NCBI GenBank assembly: GCA_030141605.1
Contig: JAQGDQ010000004.1
Location: 186,001-250,000, forward strand
Origin: Tubiluchus corallicola
Lineage: Eukaryota; Animalia; Priapulida
Length of the DNA: 64,000 nucleotides
Direction of reading: 5' to 3'
Positions 1-13,960 of the stretch are shown here, one piece after another (the stretch's first letter is position 1; each line of letters begins with the position of its first letter). The notes beneath the pieces were generated by a model that did no database searches, was not told the origin of the DNA, and saw nothing but the letters and a program-made list of their open reading frames with translations. Made by a program: the position numbers and the translations under genes.

Positions 1-90
1 ACTTAGATGAACAAGCTGATTATGCAAAACATTAATGAAATGTACAAAAATGTTTTAAAATTCTTAAGTAGGAGAATGGTGAAAAATTAC

Positions 91-3000
91 CTTCCTAATG
101 ACATAAGAAGGTTCCAATACACCAATTGTCTTTATGTATTGTGTGATGGCACCTTCATGGTCACCTTTACTGTAAATGAAACAATTTAACACAAGAAAAT
201 TATAACAAATTTTCATATAGTTTTAAATTCTTTTAATATATTTTAACACCTAAAAACAACTTGTACTTAAAAGAACATCTGCAACAGCTGCATATTAACA
301 TGATAGTAATAGTAAGTATTAAATTATACAGATAATCAAGATAGAACAACTCACTCACTCAAATACATGTATGTAATAAGTAAATTCATACCCATACAAG
401 TGATCACCATATTGACGGAAAATATCTACTAAACCATGCTCATCATACTCCTGACTCTTAGCCAAACTGAAAAACACAATTATATATATGTAAGGTATTA
501 GGTCTTAAAATACTAATTATTATAACATACGATCTAGCTTTTATAAGGATAGTTTTTAATGCGATATAAGCTCCTTTGATCATAGACAAGTAATCATACA
601 CATTTTTTTAGATAAATCATAGCATACTGCAGTTCACGCAAACCATCACACAAGTACAATGTATTTATAGGTAATGCAATTTGTAGAATATGGCAATGTT
701 AACTGTAAAAAGCCAAAAGGTAGAGAAGCATAGCACACTGTAAAGAAAGTTTTTAAATGATTAAATAAACATGTTGTGCAATTAAAAATAACTATTCAAA
801 ACCAACAAAGTCATTAATTGAAATGCAACTGTGCCATTTCAATACACTGAGTGAAATGAAACAACTAGTATTCACTATAGTAGAATTAAAGAATGTGGAC
901 AAAAGTGTTGAACATAATAAAAATTTATGTAGACAACAAATTACTTACATTTATGGCATTCAATATAAAAATTTTGGAGTTATTTATATTATAAAAAAAT
1001 TCCCTAGAAGTTATTGATGGCTTCGGTTATTTTATATTCACTCAGTCATGCACACATGACACAGCATACAGTTTTTTCTCTTTGTATCAAAATGTGCTGA
1101 CCCCTTTTAAAACTATGTTTTCATCTCACCATAGAGAAAACCAATAATTTATAACAAATAAAAATTTGTTATTGGCTGGCTAGTTCAAAATAGAATGCTG
1201 CTGATCAAAGAAAAAACTGGGTTTGTCACAATATCTCAATTTTTCTAATACAGGATAGTTATTATTAACCAGACCGCCTGAAATACGTGATAAAAAGTAA
1301 TAATTGCTGAAACTTCAAATTATAATGTAAACATACCTTATAGCTAATACGTAAAGATTCTTCTTGAAAAGCATGTCGAGTTTTGTCTGAGTGTCTTTCT
1401 CTTGCAGAAGAAATAGCTGGGTGAAAGTACACAAAATATTCTATATGAAATTCGATGAGCAACTGCCCTTTACAACAACATTTATGCACATACATTGCTA
1501 CTGGTTTCTTTGCAGACTACATATTCAGACTTTCTTAATAAACTGCTCAAAGTAGCATTTACAAATTATATTTCTTACAGCTTATTAATTGAATATTTTT
1601 TTGCTAATAAAATCAATTCTCATACTATGAATAGCCTGGATTACTCGGTGTCAAACTCGGTGTCTTTGGTTCGAATCGTGGTTTCTTAGGTCCTATTTAA
1701 CAAATAGGAAGCAAAAGTTTCTTTACAAGGCAGTACATCATCTTGCTCCAATCTAGAGTTTGGTTCCCCTGGGATCAATGTTGGGCCGATTTTATAGAAT
1801 ATTTATATTGCACACCTCAGTGATATTATATCAAAAATAACATCGATTTTCACCTATATACTGATGACAGTACTTACCTCCTAAACCTACAGTGTCTCAT
1901 TCTCAAAAAAGAGTAGTAGACACTACTGTATATCTGATATTAGAATTTGAATGAATGCTAACATGTTGAAACTAAATAATACAAAAACTGAATGTCTAGT
2001 CATAGGTTGGAATTCACAGTTAAATTTTATTATTCTTGATGACATATGAGCTAATGAACAATTGATAGCTCCTAGTCAGGCCACAGAGAACCGGGGTGTA
2101 ATTCAATGTTTGCAAAATTGCATTTTACCATTTACATAACCTTTGTCATATTAGAAAGTATTTAACTAGATCATCTGTTGAAATACTTGCATACACATTT
2201 ATATCACTCAGGCTTGATTGTTATAATAGCTCTCTAGTTGTATTACCTGATTATCAAATTATTAAATTACAACTAGTACAACATTCTGCAGCTTAACTTA
2301 TTACTGACACCAAAAAATTTGATTATATAATGCCTGGTTTAATTAATCTTCACTGGTTTCCTATTAAACAGAAAATAATATATCAATTTTATTACTGACT
2401 TTCAAGCTCTCGATAAACAAGTTCTTGTCTATATGTAACTAATTTGTCGCCTTCAACAAACTATAACCTTAACTACATAATTAACTACATTCCAACTAGA
2501 TCTTTGATATCACCAAATTCCGTGTTATTGAATACACCTAAATCTTGTCTGGTTTCTGCCGGGGGCAGGGCTTTTTTGGTTGTAGCTCCAAAATTATGCA
2601 ATAAGCTGCCACTGTAACTACGTGTTACTGACAACATTAATATTTTTAAACAAAGTCTTTTTGATTGGTTATTACCTTATAATGAATTTGTATCTGTTTG
2701 CGTTTGAGATTTTATTGTTTAGATAGTAGGTCTTATACACATATTTCTTGTAATGCACTTAGAAAGTTTTATTGTAAAAAAGTAATATAAATAAATTTTG
2801 TTTTTCATTTTTCTTTTGAACGCTGATAATTATAATATGGTCAATGAAAAATGGACACAACATCTAACGGAAGTTTAACATTGTATCTGTATTAGCCAAG
2901 TAATTAACTTAAAAGCAGGATTGTGTAAAAAGCCTAATTACAAAACAAACATGCTTACTTTCTGATCACCGGCTAAAATGTATAATGATCCCCATTCAGA

Positions 3001-6000
3001 AACTACATCAATCACCGAGGGAAAAGGAGCAGAGTATGCTAAAAATACATAATTATATTTTATAAACTTATTTCTTATTCCGTTTTTATATAGCTACTTT
3101 AACATTTATGTGCCGTGTTGAAAGACTTACATTTATGCAATTACAGAAAATAGTTATTTTATTTTTATTCTGATTTTATATAATAAACTATAATAAAAAG
3201 TACAAAAATGATAAAATAAATTGTTACAGAAAAATAGAATTACTCACCAATAAATTTGTTCTTGATATCATAAATTGTAACGATATTCATCTCCCTCGAA
3301 TGTCCATCTCTAAAATAAATATATGTTCATTCAGTTTAAAAATATTGCAAATTATATGCATAATGTCTTTAAACAAAGAAGATGTGATAAAACAAACGGA
3401 CTTCAAACAAAATTTTGTGTTACTGAATAGTGTACAATAGTCTATAAAAAACAACAAGTATAGTAGCACTGCTTAAGATAGAAAAACAACACTTTTTGCG
3501 TGCAGCAAACATTCAAGGAACTAAACCAATTTAACAGTGAGAAAGACATTTTATTGTCTAGGTTTGCTCATAAAAACTAGGACATTAGTCCAATCCATAT
3601 CTGTAAAGTAGTCTAAGCTGCACTAGCATTATCATTTTAATGCTTTCAAAACTAATGCAAATGATAATGCTTACAAGGTAGAAACTTTGGAAGCAACTTT
3701 TGTTTCTTTGGATACCATGATCAAATAACCTCGAAACCAGTGAAGCTGCACTTTTTCGCCATCAAATGCCAAACATGCACCTCTACCCTCAGGTTGGTAA
3801 AAATAAACTGCCTGTAATTAAGCATACGTCATGATAATGGCAACTATAACAGTTGTATAGTGGTATAGTATATACTGTAATGACCACTATGCCATATACA
3901 GCATAACAGGAACTGTTTAAATGTACATTTGAATAATTACACTAACTTGATAGAATTTGACATGATATTATTTACACCTCAGAGAAGACAAAAAGAATGC
4001 ATGTATATGAAATATTACCATAAAGCATTAATAGTAACAGGAACTGCAACTGGTTTTTGACATATAATCCACTTCGAACTTAAAATTAATTCTTAACACA
4101 GCAAAATCTGTAGCTACACATTTTGAAATCAGTCTTAAAACTCAATTTACTTTTGACAGTTTTCCAAAAAAAATGTTGAAAGATAAAACACATTATACAT
4201 CATTCAGTGCAATTACGTCTCTAAAGCAAAAAAAAACAATGACCTAATCGGTTATCATAGTCAAAGTCACTTAATCATCAGTAATTACACATCACTCACA
4301 GGCAACAAAACATGCCTCACTGTAAAATGATATCTAAGCAAATAATAATAATAATATAGTCTTACATCAGGTCTACCAATGATGAACTGGTAATCCTGAG
4401 AGTCATCACTCATTGTAGAACATTTCAAGTTGCAACCGTGGTGGTCTAGAGTTTGCTGAAAGTAAAATAAGAGTTTTCTTAAAACCACTTACTTAATATT
4501 ATTATTTAATTTTAAAAGTTTAATTATAGTCTAAGTCACATCGTCATATATGAAGTAAAAATGTAAAGTAACTACAAAAATTTTCACAAAATGGCTAGTA
4601 CATGTAGTTTGCCAAAAACTAAATTCAAAAATAAGAAGAAAGAATGAATAAAATAACAAAAAGTAAACAATAAACAAAGTTATCAAAACATGACTATGTT
4701 ATTAGCCTAATTTTACTTTAAGTACTAGTTTACAGTAAGTTAAGACTAAGCAAACCAATAACAGTAAAACTGTGTTTGCTTTCATTCATTGTTATATGTT
4801 TTTGTTGGACAATTATAAAGTTCGTCCCAAAAAACACTTGTGATGTATTAAGCTGATAACTTTTTTGCAGTGCGTTTGATTTACACCCCTACACCCCTAT
4901 GCCTCTACTAGAAGCCATTAAACACTGTAATGAAGCAAAGCTGTCCAGTAAGATAAATCTACTAAACACCTCAAGTGGGGGGGGGGGGGTATGTTATGGC
5001 ATGGTGGCAGTACATTAGACAACTACTAGACTGAATGTATCTTAAGGATACAATACCATGACAACAAACCAGTGGTGGCTTATAGGTAAAATTAGTGGGG
5101 GTGCTGCTTCAGAAAATTTTTAGCCATTGCTTTAATATTGTATAAAATGAAACAAATATGTAAAACAAAAATTTACACATAAACTCCGAAAAATCCTAAA
5201 CAAAAAACCTACCTTACACTTACGTAAAAGGGTCAGCACTGCGTGACAGTGCTCTCCCTCTACTTAGCGTGCAGCTTCTTATCTCAGACGGCCGCACGCG
5301 CACAACAGCCAAACACCGAGTCTTTGTAACTGTGATGCGCACAGTTCCATACAAGGATTTTTGAAATTTTTTCATGAACTAGGACATGGCTACTGAGATT
5401 AAGCTTAAGAATTATATAATGTACAAGTATAAAGGAAGAATTAAAGAAGAAAGACTCAATATTGAGTAAAAATAGGGGGTGCTGCAGTTCCGCAGTGCCT
5501 ATACACGAGCCTCCGTGTATAGGCACTGCAACAAACTCACCAGCATTCCTAAAGGTAAGCTTGCATTTATTCATCAGGCTGCTTGGTCAAATTAATCAGA
5601 TAACCTGATATTTCACAAGAGACAAAAACAACGTGGATAATTCATTACGATATCACACACCCTAGCTTCTTTATCCTTTCCAGTTACATTGTATGATAAT
5701 ACCGTGTCCATCGTAGCCACATAGAGTATAATGTTTTTACCCAGTTGTCGAAAGGCCAGACCAGTAACAGGATGTGGAGACTGATGTAAAATTTTTTGTT
5801 TAGTATGCCTGCAAAGAAAAATACACATCTATTTATATTTTAGTAGCAACAAAATATGAAAAATTGAAAAAAGAATTTTGACAAAATGTTTGTTTAGACC
5901 CAGTTTGTCCAAAAACAAAAATTCACACTGCTTCTTTTGTCAAAAACAGTTCTGCATTAACATATAAATTTGGCAGAATACAAGTTATTGACGAAAAACA

Positions 6001-9000
6001 TTATACCTGTCTCTCGTCACATCACCCTTGAACAAAACCACGCTACCATCTGCAAAACCCACAGCCATCATATTAAGATTTTCTGCAACGACAAGACAGG
6101 ATACCTGAAATACGAAGAATTGTTTTATTTTACACCTTGCTTTATTTTTACCTCAAGCCCACCAAATGCTCTAAAATCAGTATTCTGAAACACGAACAGC
6201 ATTTCATTTTAATGTATAAAGGATTCTTCATATAAACATTACCAGTTTATGAATTCTCACTAAAATTAGCTGTGCTTTACAGCAAAACACCACTAGCCTT
6301 AAACCTAATTAAAGCTATTTTTTTTAAAAAAAAGACCATATTTATTTGTGAAACCAATTCTGACTGTTCTTTAGTGCAATTAATTTCCAAAAAACAAACT
6401 AAAGAAAGTGTATTATAAAAAATAGATAAATCACTTTACGAGACAGATAAGTTGAGGTAGAACAAATAATTCTTACTGGGGTAGGCTTATTGCCTGGAAT
6501 GGCTCGTTCAATTCTGGTGCACATAGGATTCCCCATTCTGTCTAGCTGTAAAACAAAGAATGCAAGAATCAACATTATGATAGTAGAGAATTTACATCAC
6601 ACATTTCTCAAGTTCATGACAAAATCCACGACTTAACATAAAAAAACAACAGGGCACATGATCAATCAAAGGTAACTTGGCAGAGCTCAGAGGGTGATCA
6701 ACTATTCATTATAATTTCTGCCTTGAAGTAATTAAGAATTTAGCAAGTTTCTCACAGGCTGGGAAATAGCTCTGAGAATAGGTGCAAAATCAGCATACCT
6801 AGTTTTATGATATACCTAGGTTTGTAAACTAAATAGATAATTGACACAGATACATAAATAGACAGAAATTGAACAAAATGAGTAGGATAGGAATTCAAGT
6901 ATGAAACATATAAACATACTTGTATTTATTACATACACATACTTACTTTATCTAAATTCCAAACTTTGACCCGTGGATTAATACCAACCTCATCTTCCTG
7001 AAATACAGATCACAGTTTCAAGCTAAAAAAATATTTCATCTAAAAAATTTAAATTTCACCTATAGTAAAAAAATGAATAAATGCATGCATAACATTTAAC
7101 TTGCTTCCAAGGCACTCTGAGTAAATTTTTTTTTGTTAATCGAACAGGCTCTCATTTATTTATTCTACAATTGCAGCTTACAGAGTATTTACTATTTAGC
7201 AGCCGTTATACTAAAATTTGTGCAGTCTATGATTTAGTTTTTATGTGACAGAAGCCTTATGAATTATCAACAGATAATCAGTAAACAATATTAATTACAA
7301 TAATTGCTGTTACTCACCCCAATAGAAATAAGAATATTATGCTGCTTCATCTGAAAGAGATGTGTAGTTCGCAGCACATATGCTTTTAGGCTGTGAACAT
7401 TAAACTGTCTGTCAACAAAATGAACGTTTCCATTAAAGTCTCCAAAAATCATCTGTCCACGTCCACTTGTACAGCAAGAGATTTCATAATCCTGTAAAAG
7501 AAGAAAAAAATCAGAAAAACACCAAAAAATGCTGATAGTCGAACCGGATAAGCCAAGCATATCTATCTATTCAAATTTACTTTAATTTGTTGAAGAACTT
7601 GCGAAACAAAATATATTCTTTCAGTTTGTTTCAGAAATACAGAATTATAGTAAAGCAATGCTAATTTTGGTGAGTCCACCCAGCCTTTACATTAACCTAG
7701 CCAGAAAACCAAGACATAATTGAAAAAACTCGGACCAGTTAGACTGCTGCATCAGTATTAATGGCTTTCAATAACTATATCCATGGCTTCATTGGCATGC
7801 TGCTTTAGTCTTATCTTGCCATGTTCAACTAAAAATGTACAAAAATTCTAGTCATGGAGCCGTGCTTCAAATCAATTGTTGATTTCTGCTGTTTTAGGGC
7901 ATGAACAGCAGAATGGTAAAAATGTAGTTGTTACACAAAAGCATAATGTAACTTATGCAAATCATTGAATGTGGACTAAAAAGGTTCTCTTTGCTGTAAC
8001 CTCACGTGAACTACAGATTGCATTTCAGCCTGCTATCCTTCAAACAGCTCACCCTTGAAAATAAGAACCTGTTCTCAATAAAGTTAAAATTATGCAGATG
8101 TCGACATTACTAAAAGTAGGTGATAAGCGCAAAGGACAAGAAGTTGAATGGTGCACTGCTAATATACATAACTATAATTATACTGGCAGAGGTGCATAAA
8201 AAGAAACCTCGATTGACAGGCTAAGTGCAAAACACATAAAACAAATAATAACGATCATTGAAAACTAGTGATATGGTAAAAACTCACCTTCAGATAATCA
8301 AAAGGCTGTTCAGAATCCGGAATTTTCACAAGTTCTTTGTCAAAAAAGTTAAATCGTCTCCACTGTAAATGAAGTGTATATTTTCATTTTACTTCCAGGG
8401 TACACGCAAGGTGCTAAAGTAATCACTGCTTAAACTTATTGTTTCAGAAATTCAGATTGCTGGTGGCAACCACACATTCGTTTACATGGAATGACACATT
8501 TATTAGAATTGTAGGTTAATACTACTTTGAGTGCCTCTCTTTGCAGGTTATTGGGCTAGACTCAAAAGTTAAGTTTGTAAGTACTTTTTGTAGAATTTGC
8601 ATTGATCAGAGGGTTATCAAATGTCCTGTTTTTTCACAGGTTGTCTCTTTCTTAGTCCATTACCCAGGTTTGCTCAAAAGCTTTTCACAAATAAAAATAG
8701 TGTAATATAAACCAAAGACATGTTTCTCAGCTTCCTCAATGTTGATGTCATCAAGTGTGGATGCATTGTGTATCGAAGGAATGATTTGCTGTTCAGTTGC
8801 CTTTTAGTGTGATTTGGTGAAACATCTACCAGAGCATATAACATTAAATTATCATTATTAGTCTTACTCATATCTACGTGCACTTAGTCTGATTAATTAA
8901 ATCTTGTTGAATGTAGTGAGTACCCTAGGATGTTGGTGCTTATGACAGGGCCTTTCCTGACGACCTAGCTGATTTGTCCCTTTTTTTTTGATTCAGCACA

Positions 9001-10098
9001 TTTGATAACCCAGCAGACTCAATGCTAAAATTAATTGAGAATTATTTCTTTAATCACATTTAAAACAAGATTGTGAATAAGTTATCTAAATTTAACAGTG
9101 TTGCTGCTCATATATGCCCAAGAAAGATAACTAATAATTATGATAATTACGAACAGTGCACTCAACCCTGCCCTGCTCCTAGAATATATAAACAATTTGC
9201 CTGATAGAAGAAATGCCACGGTATGCATGTTTGCCGATGACACAAAAATGTTCAGTCATGTCAATTAGGAAACTGATTGTGATCTGCTGCAGAGCAAAGT
9301 CAATAAAATGTGGAGTTCAGCAAGGTGATCTATGACATCAGTCTTTCTTTCTTGATATTTGTTGAGAAAGTTAAACTTCCTAAACTGGTTGTGAATGCTA
9401 AAGATGATTTAAGCCTTGGAGGATTATGTTTTGCAGATTATGTTATTTTACTAGCAAATAGCACTTGGGAAGAATATGAATTTTTAAGAGTCATTAAAAA
9501 AGTATATAGGAACTATATTAAGAGTAGAGCAAAAAGATGGTTGGAAAGAGAATTTGCCAGATATTACAAGAAATATAAGAGCTATGAAGTATGCAGCAGT
9601 GAGATCTAATACAAGAAGAAAATTGGTCATATTGGTTGGAAACCTGTTATTGTACAAGCATGAAGAAATGAAATGTTATAAAAGGATGCAGAGGGAATTT
9701 AGCAATTTAAAGAAAATTGATAGTGGTCAGAGGGAAATTTGGTTGATCAAGTTTTGAAGCAGGCAAAAAGCAAGAGCCAAAAGAAAGATTGAAGTATTGT
9801 ATTATGAGTGATGAAAGAATTTTAAAAAAAATGATGCCTATTGATCCAGACAATGTTACGTGATTAGATGTGCTCACATGATTCGTCGGCTAATGGTACA
9901 TTAACTTTTGAAACTTTGTAATGCATTAGGCACCCATGCAAATTTACATTTCGGGGAGATGAAGATCTGTCTTAGATTCTTGCCACATGTACTGTGCTAA
10001 ATTTCATGAACATGGAATGATTTTTAAGGTGGAATACAAGCTTCGAGTGCTTCGCCTACTGAGATTGGACATTAAAAACATACCTGCAGAAATGCCAT
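91..10098 (-). CDS. VPS11: Vacuolar protein sorting 11 (HOPS/CORVET core subunit), N-terminal part; gene continues beyond the left edge
   Basis: Coding exons with GT-AG boundaries and consistent phases: 10084-10098 (MAFLQ), 8288-8362 (WRRFNFFDKELVK...), 7318-7491 (...CCTSGRGQMIFGDFNG...), 6947-6997 (EDEVGINPRVKVWNLDK), 6477-6545, 6007-6104 (...MMAVGFADGSVVLFKGDVTRDR), 5661-5808 (HTKQKILHQSPHPVTGLAF...), 4366-4455, 3675-3811 (AVYFYQPEGRGACLAFDGEK...WFRGYL), 3248-3309, 2959-3038 (...DVVSEWGSLYIL...), 1337-1416 (LQEKDTQTKLDMLFKKNLY), 392-466 (...IFRQYGDHLY), 91-169 (KGDHEGAITQYIKTIGVLEPSYVIRK). These motifs match animal VPS11 as I recall it. Confidence 0.96.
1745..2795 (+). mobile_element. Degenerate L2/CR1-group non-LTR retrotransposon 3' fragment (RT C-terminus) in a VPS11 intron
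   Basis: Translation with stops and frameshifts gives FHLYTDD (YADD motif), NMLKLNNTKTECLVIG, FYHLHNLCHIRKYLT, FISLRLDCYNS, KLQLVQHSAA, LINLHWFPIKQKI and APKLCNKLP, typical of the L2-clade ORF2 end. Confidence 0.85.
8611..9011. mobile_element. MITE-like element with short terminal inverted repeats
   Basis: GGGTTATCAAATGT at 8611 and its reverse complement ACATTTGATAACCC ending at 9011; no clear TSD. Confidence 0.5.
9160..9850 (+). mobile_element. Two adjacent degenerate LINE reverse-transcriptase fragments
   Basis: LNPALLLEYINNLPD...CMFADDTKMF...DCDLLQ (CR1-like), followed by GVQQGD...FLIFV...GGLCFADYVILLANS (a second RT core); stops present. Confidence 0.7.
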
Positions 10099-10591
10099 AA
10101 TTCAACAAAAAAGTATGTAAAAAGCTGGAACTGATTTCTGCGTAATAAACAGAGAACGGACTAGCTGGAAAGACAAGATATGCTACGAGAAAACTTGCAA
10201 ATTTGACAAAATCGATATTATTTGACAAAAACAAACTAAAACATCTGTGCAACCAAGCACATTGTGTATTTGCCAACGTAGTTCGACAAATATTGAAAAA
10301 GTAATAGCAAAATTCTAGAAATTTGTTTAAGCTACCTTTTCAACGTTTATTTTTTGCGAAATTGCTCGCGCCGCCTCGCGGTGTCCGAGTACATTCTAAC
10401 TACGTTTTTTCTTTTGTGCATCTTTAAAAATACATACTACGAGACATGATAAACCCGGCACGTTTGCTCTCTCATATTTGGCGTTATTGGTTTGGAAGGT
10501 GAATAATATTTTACTAATAGAGTACTACTAATTTTTCAATTAAAGCAACTGCTAAGCTTGCATTCACTATTCATAATATTTGTTATCATGG

Positions 10592-10605
10592 GTTACCATG
10601 ACGAC
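10592..10605. promoter_or_regulatory. Candidate RFX X-box in the region upstream of both VPS11 and the coiled-coil gene
   Basis: GTTACCATGACGAC resembles the palindromic X-box GTTNCCATGGNAAC; ~500 bp upstream of the VPS11 ATG, next to a CpG-richer stretch at ~10350-10400. Confidence 0.5.
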
Positions 10606-10784
10606 GGATCGAAACAAGTACAATGACAATGCAGCGGCCTTTAACTTGTCTTAATCACAGACTTGTTAACTTTTTGCGTAAAAATGAGTGTGACATTTAA
10701 GAAGGGTCCGGAAAAAAATAAGATCCTGGTGCACTCTCCTGTAGGGTCCTAGATGACTAGGTCATCCCCACCCCAAGAAATGTC

Positions 10785-12311
10785 GGCAGTCTTTTACAAT
10801 TCAGGTCCCACTCGATTTTCGCTGAGCGATTGCCGATTTCAATATGATCGTTTAGCGCAATATGACGATCTGCGCTGTGCATACCGATACGATGATTGAT
10901 CAGCCCCTGAGTTTCACTTATGGCAGAATAAGTCCATTAAGTTACCATTTCTTTTGATAAAAAACAAAAAAAATGAGATTTGACCCAATTTTTGATGCAC
11001 TCGATCGTATAAAATGTATTTTAACTTGAATAAATAATTAAATTACTACAAGCAGTGTTAAGCATTTTTGTTTCTAGAAGTGTGTTCATGCTGAAATACC
11101 TAAGTGATTTTTCATAATAATAATTATTATTATTCGGCATTATTATTAATAACTAAGCGTGCCACAGTTACATTTTAATTTCCACAGTCGTCATGTTGAT
11201 AAACATTTCATTTACATATCTTGGAACTCTTCATACCTAATTTTTGGTGTTATGCTCCCGGACGATTTTTTTAGCCTCTCGCGTTGTCTGGCACAGCAAG
11301 TTGTTTACATTAAATTTTAGTCGAGGAGTGGACTGAACGTACACATAACAAGTAAATTTACATTGACAGACGCGACGGAAAAAAGTTAAAACGCAAATCT
11401 TTCCTGTTAAATTTTAGTCAGAGTTGGGCTGCGTACAAGTTAAAATAACCATATAGCAAATTAGTTTAGGTTAACAAAAATAATGGGAAAATGTGTAAAC
11501 TTTTGAGTGGATGCTATAATATTTTTATTTTGCTGCTCAGTCCAGTGGTAACAACAATTAATCCTTTGTTGAAACAAAGTTTGTTGGAGTGACCAGTGGG
11601 CAGCATATGGTGTCCCTGGTGTATCTGGAATTTCACAGGTACCGCAGAATTATGCACACAGGACAGTCAATCATAAAAACAACTTCGTTGACCCGAGGAC
11701 TGGCACACACAAAAACAACGGTGAGTGCATGTGGAAAAATTGCCAATCAAAAATGAAGGCAATGCATGGATGTGCATCCTCCACACTCTCATCGCACCTC
11801 GACGAGTTTATGCGGCGGCAACTCCACAAACGAGAAGCAATGGAATGTATTTTACTTTATATGGTAGAGTGTTTTCCAGTAGAATAAACAGATACAACTT
11901 GCGTTTTTACCAAACCAGCCTTTTTCAGGGCTAGGTCCTAATAGGGCCAACAAGCATTTCCAAAAGAAAATTGTGATCTGTTATACAGTAATAGTAATAT
12001 AAAAACCACTGAAAAATGTCATTTAAGCCAACAATTTATTTAGTCAGTAAATTAAATAACTAATGAAGTCATTTTCAGCATTTTTACTGTTTCAGCATTA
12101 TCCTAATTGTTAAATAAATAATAATGTCTCTTTTTACAGTATTTTATGCACAAAGTCACAAAAGTTCCAGGCATAGAAACACTGACTGCTCGCTGATGGT
12201 CCGCTAGCAATCGTGAGAGCAACACAGATTGTCATATTGCGCTAGGCAATCATATCGATTTGGTTATCACTCGGCAAACATCAAGCGGGACCTGAATTGT
12301 AAAAGAGTGCC
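10785..12311 (+). mobile_element. Merlin (IS1016/IS1595-like) DNA transposon, internally deleted
   Basis: ~100-bp imperfect TIRs starting with GG (GGCAGTCTTTTACAATTCAGGTCCC... / ...GGGACCTGAATTGTAAAAGAGTGCC). Perfect 8-bp TSD GAAATGTC at 10777-10784 and 12312-12319. Open frame ~11573-11886 encodes WSDQWAAY...HRTVNHKNNFVDPRTGTHKNNGECMWK...HLDEFMRR, the C-terminal DDE region of Merlin/ISXO2-like transposases. Confidence 0.92.
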
Positions 12312-13559
12312 GAAATGTCTTACATTTTTTGGTGTCAAAATATTGAAAATAACTACTAAAAGCCATTTTTGGGTACTACTTAACTTCTTGTATGTATACA
12401 AAAGACCATAAAAGGCCTAAGATTCGAAATAAACTCAAGATGGATTAAGACATAATTGATTGTTGAGTCTAAAACGATAATATTTTATTTAAAAATTATT
12501 AACGGTTTCCAGTTTCTGAGTATGTTCTCTCTCTCACATATTTCAGAGAAGCATCATAAACAGTATGCAAGATGATGTACATATTTGTATTATGTATAAC
12601 TACATAATACAGAATGTGTAATTATTTGTTAGTTCTAAGCAAAACACACATTAGATTCAGTTTTGAAATCAGAAACTTAGGATTTGTGTAATAAAAATGA
12701 CCATCTGCTAATAATACAAGCACAAAGGAAGCTAAGATAAATTAAATCAAGCAAGTAAGCCGTCAAAATTCAACCCGTTTTGCCTTTATTAGAAGCCTAA
12801 CACCATTAAGCTTTCCACACTGCAGATGTGTTCTATGTGTTATGTGTTAATTATTCTAATTCTTGTCACTAAAAATTATTTTGAACACTTTTTGTGGTCT
12901 GAAATGTAAGTTAAATCATTTATTAAAAGTTTGAAATGAAATTGCCATTTTGCATGAGGTCTGTCCACTCTTTCTACACAAATCAGCTTCGACCTTATTC
13001 AAAGCACAAAACAGCTTCGTTCTACTTATTGCCTTTACATAAATAATAAAAAAATCTTACAGTATGAAAAGACAGAAACAAGATGAAAAGATACGATGTT
13101 TTACTACATCACTGTATACTCACTTTCTGCAAAAACAAAAAAGAGATTTGTTGGGATTTTATAATGGTAGCAGACTACTAAGTAATTATGGGCGGAATAA
13201 ATCACAGAAAAAAATACACGGAAAACACAAAAAGCAAAAAATACTACAATTAAAATTGTACTTACTACTAAGTGAGAACACCAGTTACGTGGCAAATAAA
13301 TTTGTACTAAAAAGTATGGGCCTACTTTCCCATAATTGATGTTCTTGGCTTCTTGCTACCGTGCCTTTTTTGGTGTACATAATTTTCTAAGGGATGAGGG
13401 CCTGCATTAAATAATAATGTTTCATCTGCCATGTTTTTTCTGGTGCACAAGCCCTGCTAATTGACATGTACTTAACAGATGCATTTTAACTGATACACAT
13501 GCCATACTAATTTTGAATGGGAAGAAAATGAAATTTTAAAGTATATTCCAAAAAACTTT

Positions 13560-13960
13560 CCTTACAAAATTATATTGCTTGGTATGTTTACCTGTTTGAA
13601 AGCTTTATGTAATTGGAAAAGAAAATTTTTTAATAATATTCATACCACCTGGCTTAAAATAGCACTGCACTGCCATCCTACCACTAATTCACCAAAAAAC
13701 ACATTATTTTTCTTATTAACAATATAAAGCAATTTAAACTTTTGCTTAGTTAGTGATGAGTTTGCTTCGAATGCACTGTTCATTTTTTCAAACTTGTGTG
13801 ATGTTATCTAAACTTGTTTCAAACAAAATACCTTTAAAATAATTGTGCCAAATGGTCATCGTGGAAATTTAAATTTACAGGTTTATATAGCATTACTGCT
13901 AATGCAAGCCCTGTATGCAATAAGACTGCATGTAAATTTTCAAATGATTTTTTAAGTTTT
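13560..13960. repeat. Dispersed repeat family (non-coding, probably DNA-transposon derived)
   Basis: Similar to 43915-44310 and 46530-46920, and partly to 32400-32570 (shared ...TTACCTGTTTGAAAG...TAATTGGAAAAGAAA... and AAATGGCTGYGCCTAACGGTCATC-like segments). Confidence 0.7.
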
